A DNA stretch of 64,000 nucleotides from Candidatus Adlerbacteria bacterium (GTDB lineage Bacteria; Patescibacteriota; Minisyncoccia; Phycocordibacterales; SBAW01): assembly GCA_026397405.1 (NCBI GenBank), contig JAPLUW010000002.1, positions 40,214 through 104,213 on the forward strand. The letters run 5' to 3'. A program made the position numbers and the translations under genes. Below the pieces are notes generated by a model. It did no database searches, had not been told where the DNA came from, and saw only the letters and a list, made by a program, of their open reading frames with translations. Below are positions 57,320 through 64,000 of the stretch, in pieces (the stretch's first letter is position 1; the number at the start of each line of letters is the position of its first letter).

Positions 57320-58394
57320 TCCCGACGTTTCGTTTTTCTAATTCTGCGGCAGTGCGTGGCATGACGTGCAGGCCAGTAAATAATGCTGTAGCGCCTGGCG
57401 ATGCAGGTTGTGCAGATGCTGTAACAGGCGACGTAGCAAGAGGCGCAAATGACACTATAGGTTTTGCTGGAGCTGGTGCTGCGCTTGGTGCAGATGTTCG
57501 TATCGAAATTGAAACGGGGGTAGAAGTTGGAGTTGGTGTTGGAGGTGGAGGCACAGGTGCAAACACTGGAGCAACTACCGGTGCTGGGTTCGACACAACG
57601 GCAACAGGGTCTGGTTTGATAATCACGTCAGGTATAAGTGCGGCTTTTGGAGTACTAGCAACAGGAGTAGGCACAGGAACCGGTATTGGAGTCGGTACAG
57701 AAACAGGCTTAGTGACTTGTTGAACAATGCGTGCGACTGGTTGGCGGTCAACATTTATAACAACAGCTGGTTTGACCATATTTGGGAGTGGGGCCGTAGA
57801 AGGAGAAGGTCTTTGAGTTTGCGTATCAGGTTTGCTGGTAAAGGTTGTAGGTTTACCGCGCAATGCAAACACTACAAGTGTCCAACAAAGAGTGAAGCCG
57901 ACAAGCCATGCTCCGTAAAATTCACCCAACTGCAACCACGGTGCCTCTGGTGCCAAAATGTGCACAACAAACAGCGCGTACCAGGTACCTGCAGTGAGGC
58001 CTTGCAACAAACCTGCCACCAGCGACGTGCCTCGGTTAAGTATGGAGAGGGCAAGAAGTATGCTTATCAAACTCCATTTAAATAAGAAAATTGTAGAAAA
58101 AAACGCTTCTTGTTGGCCCGCAAGGTACGCTAACACAACAATGCCAAGCCCTGACAGTAAAATAGACACAAACCCAAAGTCCATCACGTGGCGCACCGCT
58201 TTGGCAAACTTTTTTTCTTGATCGTCGTATGCGCCGTCGCGCATAGAATGCAGATATGCCAAAAGCAACACTGTTTGTGCTCCTACACCAAGCGCCATAC
58301 CAAACTGCTGCACGCAGTACAACAACAAGCTGACAAAACTAAACGAAAGTACAAACGACATACAAAAAGTGTAGCACACGTTTTTGCAGTGCAA
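57312..58394 (-). CDS. hypothetical membrane protein with Pro/Ala/Val-rich C-terminal region
   Basis: About six TM helices, then low-complexity PVPVPTPVA...PPPTPTPTSTP repeats. Confidence 0.45.
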   Translation of the reverse strand: MHCKNVCYTFCMSFVLSFSFVSLLLYCVQQFGMALGVGAQTVLLLAYLHSMRDGAYDDQEKKFAKAVRHVMDFGFVSILLSGLGIVVLAYLAGQQEAFFSTIFLFKWSLISILLALSILNRGTSLVAGLLQGLTAGTWYALFVVHILAPEAPWLQLGEFYGAWLVGFTLCWTLVVFALRGKPTTFTSKPDTQTQRPSPSTAPLPNMVKPAVVINVDRQPVARIVQQVTKPVSVPTPIPVPVPTPVASTPKAALIPDVIIKPDPVAVVSNPAPVVAPVFAPVPPPPTPTPTSTPVSISIRTSAPSAAPAPAKPIVSFAPLATSPVTASAQPASPGATALFTGLHVMPRTAAELEKRNVGNV

Positions 58395-58408
58395 GGCAAT
58401 TTTTATTT

Positions 58409-58645
58409 TTACAACAGGATAGTCGCGCCGTCGCTGCGAACTTCGAGCACGCCCGACTCTATAGGAAACTCACGAGGCTCTATATCGTTTAATTCACGAA
58501 CAATGATAGTTCCTTTTTTTAAGGTTGTGATGACGGGTTCGTGGTGTGTAAGCACTGTCATCTCCCCCGCGGTGCCGGGTACCGTCACAGACACGGCTTC
58601 CCCGTCAAAAAGATTTTCGTTTACTGTTGCTATTACTAATTTCAT
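58409..58645 (-). CDS. atpC: F1 ATP synthase epsilon subunit, N-terminal beta-sandwich only (78 aa)
   Basis: MKLVIATVNENLFDGEAVSVTVPGTAGEMTVLTHHEP is the epsilon N-domain. Last gene of the operon. The C-terminal helical hairpin is absent. Confidence 0.75.
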   Translation of the reverse strand: MKLVIATVNENLFDGEAVSVTVPGTAGEMTVLTHHEPVITTLKKGTIIVRELNDIEPREFPIESGVLEVRSDGATILL

Positions 58646-58655
58646 AGGTGATTTC

Positions 58656-58728
58656 TCAAATCTAACTTTAAAAGAGTGCGCTCCGGGGCGCTAGCCCAAG
58701 TCTAACCCTCTTTTAAAGTTAGATTTGA
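58656..58728. repeat. perfect 21-bp inverted repeat (tcaaatctaactttaaaagag / ctcttttaaagttagatttga) with a 31-nt spacer, in the atpD-atpC intergenic region
   Basis: Arms at 58656-58676 and 58708-58728, read directly. The spacer contains a small GC hairpin (gcgctccggggcgc). Confidence 0.7.
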
Positions 58729-58736
58729 TTTATTAT

Positions 58737-60125
<1,389 letters not shown>

Positions 60126-61043
60126 CTACTGTGCCATTGCCTCCATGCCGCCAATAATCTCTGAAACTTCTCTGGTAATCGCTGCTTGTCTTGCTTTGTT
60201 AAACTCCAGTGTCAATTCATGCTCCATCTCCCCCGCCTTGTCCGACGCGGACTTCATCGACACCATGCGTGCCGAATGTTCGGACGCCTTGCTTTCAAGC
60301 AGCGCGTGATAGACAAAAATAGCAGCGAGTTTGGGGATGAGGGTTTCGAGCACTTTTTCTTCCGACGGCTCGACAGTGTACCCTGCCGATGACTGCGTAG
60401 TATGTGCCTGCCCTGCAAACACGCCACGAGTCGGGGTGATAGCTTCCACCACTTTTGAAAGTTCTGTTAGTGAAAGTGGAAAGACCGTATGCAATACCGG
60501 GCGCTGTTCTAGCGTAGAGACAAAATTTTGGTAGCCTACCTTTACCACGTCGACCACACCGAGCGTAAAGCGGTGTGCGGCCTCGTCAACAATTTCGCGA
60601 ACAATGTCAGAAGTAATTTTGTCATTGTTTGGGTGATACGCCTCTACGACAAACCCTCGTGCGGTAAAAAAGTCGTTTGCTTTTTTGCCTATTGCTACTA
60701 TCTTCACATCTCCCACAGAAAGGCCTGATGTTTGGATGTCGGCCATCACAGCACGCAAGACAGCACTGTTAAGCGCCCCTGCCAAACCCTTGTCGCTCGT
60801 TACTACGATATACAAGGCGTTCGAAACAGTGCGAACAGCGGCAAGCGGTGCACTGCGTAGTTCCTGCGAACCAGACACCCGCGCAAGTATAGACATTGCA
60901 GCTGTGGCGTACGGCCGGCCGGACAGCGCCTGGACCTGTGCTTTGCGCATTTTTGCAGCCGAAACAGCCTCCATGGCTTTTGTCACGGTCTGTGTTTTTT
61001 CGTAGGAACGAATTTGTGATTTTATAGCTTTTAGTCCCGCCAT
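60126..61043 (-). CDS. atpG: F1 ATP synthase gamma subunit
   Basis: N- and C-terminal coiled helices with the gamma consensus (ITKAMEAVSAAKMRKAQ...ITREVSEIIGG). Confidence 0.9.
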   Translation of the reverse strand: MAGLKAIKSQIRSYEKTQTVTKAMEAVSAAKMRKAQVQALSGRPYATAAMSILARVSGSQELRSAPLAAVRTVSNALYIVVTSDKGLAGALNSAVLRAVMADIQTSGLSVGDVKIVAIGKKANDFFTARGFVVEAYHPNNDKITSDIVREIVDEAAHRFTLGVVDVVKVGYQNFVSTLEQRPVLHTVFPLSLTELSKVVEAITPTRGVFAGQAHTTQSSAGYTVEPSEEKVLETLIPKLAAIFVYHALLESKASEHSARMVSMKSASDKAGEMEHELTLEFNKARQAAITREVSEIIGGMEAMAQ

Positions 61044-61052
61044 AGTAGTTGT

Positions 61053-62615
61053 TTATGCGACAAACAGGTCGGTGTGCGTGTCCTGGAATTTTTCCAACTG
61101 TGTCTTCAACTCCTCTTCTGTCTGCGACGCCATGTCGCGTGCACGCTTGATGCTATCCAAAATTTCTGGACGGTTTGCGTCGAGGAACGCGAACAATTTT
61201 TCTTCAAACTCAGGAACGCGTGCTACGGGGACTTTTGCCAAGTAGCCGTTTACTGCGGCGTAAATAATCACGGACTGACGCTCAAATGGTAGAGGTGCGG
61301 CATTTTTCTGGCGCAACACTTGCATCAAACGCTGGCCGGAGTCGATGCGCTTTTTAGTGTCAGCATCCAAGTCTTGGCTAAACTGCATAAAGGCTTCCAA
61401 CTCGCGGAACTGCGCAAGTTCGAGCTTAATGCGGCCAGACACTTTTTTCATCGCTTTGGTTTGTGCACTTGAACCTACGCGAGACACGGAAATACCTGCG
61501 TTAATAGCCGGGCGGATACCTTTGTTAAACAACTCTGTTTCCAAAAAGATCTGTCCGTCGGTGATAGAAATTACGTTTGTTGGGATGTAGCCCGACACGT
61601 CGCCTTCCTGGGTTTCGATAATTGGGAGTGCAGTCAAGGAGCCACCACCTTTTTCTTTACTTAGTTTTGCGGCACGTTCAAGCAAGCGGGAGTGCAAGTA
61701 AAACACGTCACCCGGGTACGCCTCGCGGCCTGGTGGGCGGCGGAGCAACAGCGAAAGCTGGCGGTATGCAACGGCGTGCTTCGAAAGGTCGTCGTAAATG
61801 ATAAGTGCGTCGCGGCCAGAGTCCATAAAATATTCGCCGATTGCAGCGCCTGCAAATGGTGCCAGGTACTGGAGTGCTGCTGGGGCCGAGGCACCTGCGT
61901 CAACAACAATGGTGTATTCGAGTGCGCCGCGGTCGCGGAGCATGCCGACCAAACGTGCAGTTTTAGACTCTTTCTGGCCGATAGAAACGTAGATACAGAT
62001 CGGGCGGGTCTCTTTTGGTTCAGACTTTTGGTTCAAAATTGTGTCTACGGCAACAGTTGTTTTGCCGGTGCCACGGTCACCAATTATCAGTTCGCGTTGT
62101 CCGCGACCAACAGGGATCATCGAGTCGATAGCTTTAATACCGCTGTGGAGCGGCTGGTTAACACTTTGGCGGTCCATCACGCCGTATGCCTCACGTTCAA
62201 TGGGGTTTTTACCTGTTGCAGCAATAGCACCCAAGCCGTCGATAGGTTCGCCAAGGGGCGAGACAACACGGCCGAGCAATGCGTCCCCTACAGGGATAGA
62301 AAGTACCTGCCCTGTCGACTCCACACTCATACCTTCAGACACAAGACTTGAATCGCCCAAAATAATCACGCGAACGGACTCTTCTTCCAAGTTCAAAACA
62401 AGGCCAAATATTTCGGCTGGGGTTGCGATAGCATGCTCGAGAGACTTCTTTCCCGCCGTGTTAAAACGCACCATTTCAGACATCACGGCACCCGGCAGCC
62501 CTTCCACCTCGGCAACACCGTCACCCACTTTTGTGACAACGCCTGTGTTTGCTGCACGCGCAGTTGGCGTAAAGTGTTCTATTTCTTTTTTAAATTGTTC
62601 GATAAAGTTGTTCAT
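61053..62615 (-). CDS. atpA: F1 ATP synthase alpha subunit
   Basis: Walker A GDRGTGKT. 520 aa. Confidence 0.95.
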   Translation of the reverse strand: MNNFIEQFKKEIEHFTPTARAANTGVVTKVGDGVAEVEGLPGAVMSEMVRFNTAGKKSLEHAIATPAEIFGLVLNLEEESVRVIILGDSSLVSEGMSVESTGQVLSIPVGDALLGRVVSPLGEPIDGLGAIAATGKNPIEREAYGVMDRQSVNQPLHSGIKAIDSMIPVGRGQRELIIGDRGTGKTTVAVDTILNQKSEPKETRPICIYVSIGQKESKTARLVGMLRDRGALEYTIVVDAGASAPAALQYLAPFAGAAIGEYFMDSGRDALIIYDDLSKHAVAYRQLSLLLRRPPGREAYPGDVFYLHSRLLERAAKLSKEKGGGSLTALPIIETQEGDVSGYIPTNVISITDGQIFLETELFNKGIRPAINAGISVSRVGSSAQTKAMKKVSGRIKLELAQFRELEAFMQFSQDLDADTKKRIDSGQRLMQVLRQKNAAPLPFERQSVIIYAAVNGYLAKVPVARVPEFEEKLFAFLDANRPEILDSIKRARDMASQTEEELKTQLEKFQDTHTDLFVA

Positions 62616-62872
62616 ACCGTTTTCGTTAATGTCCTGTAGAGTTCGAGCAAATGTCTGGTTCGTTCCTGTTGGGGAGTTTCTGCTTTTTGCGACTCGACTC
62701 GTTCTTTGTGGTCTACGAGCTTCCGATATTCGTTAAAAATCTTTGGTAGCAGTTTTTGATGACCGCGTTTTTTTAAGGTCGCATCTAAATTATGCAAGTA
62801 TGTGGCACCGTCTTTTGGCTTTTTTTCTATAAGCGCAAACAGGGCGCGTGCGTAATAGAGAGCGGTGTTCAT
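62612..62872 (-). CDS. atpH: F1 ATP synthase delta (OSCP)-like subunit, truncated (86 aa)
   Basis: Position between atpF and atpA. The N-terminus ALYYARALFAL resembles the delta N-terminus. There is no space for a full-length (~180 aa) delta. Confidence 0.45.
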   Translation of the reverse strand: MNTALYYARALFALIEKKPKDGATYLHNLDATLKKRGHQKLLPKIFNEYRKLVDHKERVESQKAETPQQERTRHLLELYRTLTKTV

Positions 62873-62874
62873 AA

Positions 62875-63315
62875 TTACTTTTTAGCGAGCTTTTCCATAC
62901 CAAGCACAATAAGTTTTGCAACTTCCTGTTTGCTTTCGTTTAATGCTTGCACTTTTGCTTCGCGTGCCTGGGCTTCAGCCTCTTTAAGCATATTGGCTGC
63001 AGTAGCCTCGCCTGCGGCTATAAGCTCTTTTTCGCGCGCAGCACCAGAGTGGCGTGCAGCACTAACAATAGTGTCGGCTTCCTTCCCTGCATCCGAAAGT
63101 ATTGCGCCGCGTGAGTTTTGGATTTCTGCTAAACGAGCTTCTGCATCTGCCGCATCCTGCACACCCTGGGCAATTTTCTGGCGGCGAGCTTCCATCATTT
63201 TTGTCAGTGGGCCGTACAGGAAATACCACAAGGCAAGCAAAAGGAGCCCGAAGTTAACGGAGTTTATTACTAGCAACCGCCAGTCGATACCGAAAGCCGA
63301 AAATAGTTCGCTCAT
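62875..63315 (-). CDS. atpF: Fo ATP synthase subunit b
   Basis: N-terminal TM helix, then a long A/E/K-rich helix. 146 aa. Confidence 0.8.
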   Translation of the reverse strand: MSELFSAFGIDWRLLVINSVNFGLLLLALWYFLYGPLTKMMEARRQKIAQGVQDAADAEARLAEIQNSRGAILSDAGKEADTIVSAARHSGAAREKELIAAGEATAANMLKEAEAQAREAKVQALNESKQEVAKLIVLGMEKLAKK

Positions 63316-63332
63316 GCGCTTCTATGTGCTGC

Positions 63333-63563
63333 TTAGCCGACGAACTTGATAATGAATGAAACGACGAGTGCCAAAATACCGAGAGCTTCAGTAAAGACAA
63401 TAGCCAAGATCATGTTTGAAACAATTTTGTCCGATGCGTCTGGGTTGCGGCCAATAGCGTCCATGGCACGGCCACCAATAAGACCGATACCGATACCCGG
63501 GCCCAATACTCCAAGGCCTGCGGCCAATGCCATAGCTATCAAACGTGCTGATTCAATGTCCAT
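63333..63563 (-). CDS. atpE: Fo ATP synthase subunit c
   Basis: Two-helix hairpin with GxGxGxG (GIGIGLIGG) and a conserved carboxylate helix (FTEALGIL). Confidence 0.85.
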   Translation of the reverse strand: MDIESARLIAMALAAGLGVLGPGIGIGLIGGRAMDAIGRNPDASDKIVSNMILAIVFTEALGILALVVSFIIKFVG

Positions 63564-63641
63564 ATACCTGTTTGTTTTAACTGTATTAATAACTAATTAT
63601 TGTCGCGCCATTCTATCACAAAACACGCCTCCCTGCCACGT

Positions 63642-64000
63642 TTAGTGGGCCCCGTGCGGGTCGGTGACAGCGAGCTTTATAAAGAAGAGCGTCAACATCG
63701 CAAACACGGCTGCCTGCACAAGCCCTACGAATGTTTCAAACGCCAACAGCGGCACTGGCAACACGTATGGCATAAAGTACGCAACAACCGCCAACAGCAC
63801 TTCCCCCGCAAAAATGTTACCAAACAAACGGAACGAAAATGAAATAAAACGCGACATTTCGCTGATAAATTCTATAAGCCCTACAATAAAATTAAGCGGC
63901 GAAGAAAAGTTAAAGAATTTTGAAAAATAGCGCCAAAACCCAACCACCACAATACCGGACACCTCTATCGTAAGCACCGCAATGATAGCGAGCGCGAGTG
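63642..64000 (-). CDS. atpB: Fo ATP synthase subunit a (C-terminal part; start beyond window end)
   Basis: FRLFGNIFAGEVLL contains the conserved Arg of subunit a. The ORF is open to the window edge. Confidence 0.85.
   Translation of the reverse strand, partial: LALAIIAVLTIEVSGIVVVGFWRYFSKFFNFSSPLNFIVGLIEFISEMSRFISFSFRLFGNIFAGEVLLAVVAYFMPYVLPVPLLAFETFVGLVQAAVFAMLTLFFIKLAVTDPHGAH

Overview
This 64 kb window is a compact bacterial chromosomal segment, about 85% coding and mostly on the minus strand. It carries core housekeeping genes:
- cysS (3' partial) and corA.
- A C-terminal processing protease, rplI and rpmA.
- An ABC-2 transporter pair and an M23 peptidase.
- gltX-murG-ftsW-mraY-dacA and scpA/scpB.
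- pepA, an archaeal-type aspS and trpS.
- A grpE-dnaK-ABC exporter-dnaJ operon.
- A ribosomal/RNAP block: infA-rpmJ-rpsM-rpsK-rpsD-rpoA-rplQ-rplM-rpsI.
- A short alaS, an M13 peptidase, ung, an MGMT-like methyltransferase, mnmA, mltG, leuS and ychF.
- An F1Fo ATP synthase operon, atpB(partial)-E-F-H-A-G-D-C.

Most core genes lack Shine-Dalgarno sequences, aaRS and ATPase subunits are reduced, and there are many small membrane proteins. Together these suggest a reduced-genome lineage, possibly Patescibacteria/CPR-like; this is an inference, not established. No transposase, integrase, CRISPR array, rRNA or clear tRNA was found.

Most notable observations:
1. leuS carries an in-frame insertion of about 150 aa with a canonical Nudix box.
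2. A small cassette has a strong sigma70 promoter, a 75-aa Cys-containing peptide with a possible GG-leader, a terminator, and an orphan CheY-like receiver protein. A paralogous orphan receiver lies elsewhere in the window.
3. A GC-rich structured intergenic segment of about 285 nt with three consecutive hairpins may be an ncRNA.
4. A perfect 21-bp inverted repeat sits between atpD and atpC.
5. ATP synthase delta (86 aa) and epsilon (78 aa) are truncated.
6. A repair/nuclease cluster includes ung, an MGMT-like methyltransferase, a Cas4-like PD-(D/E)xK nuclease and an ATP-cone-PD-(D/E)xK fusion.
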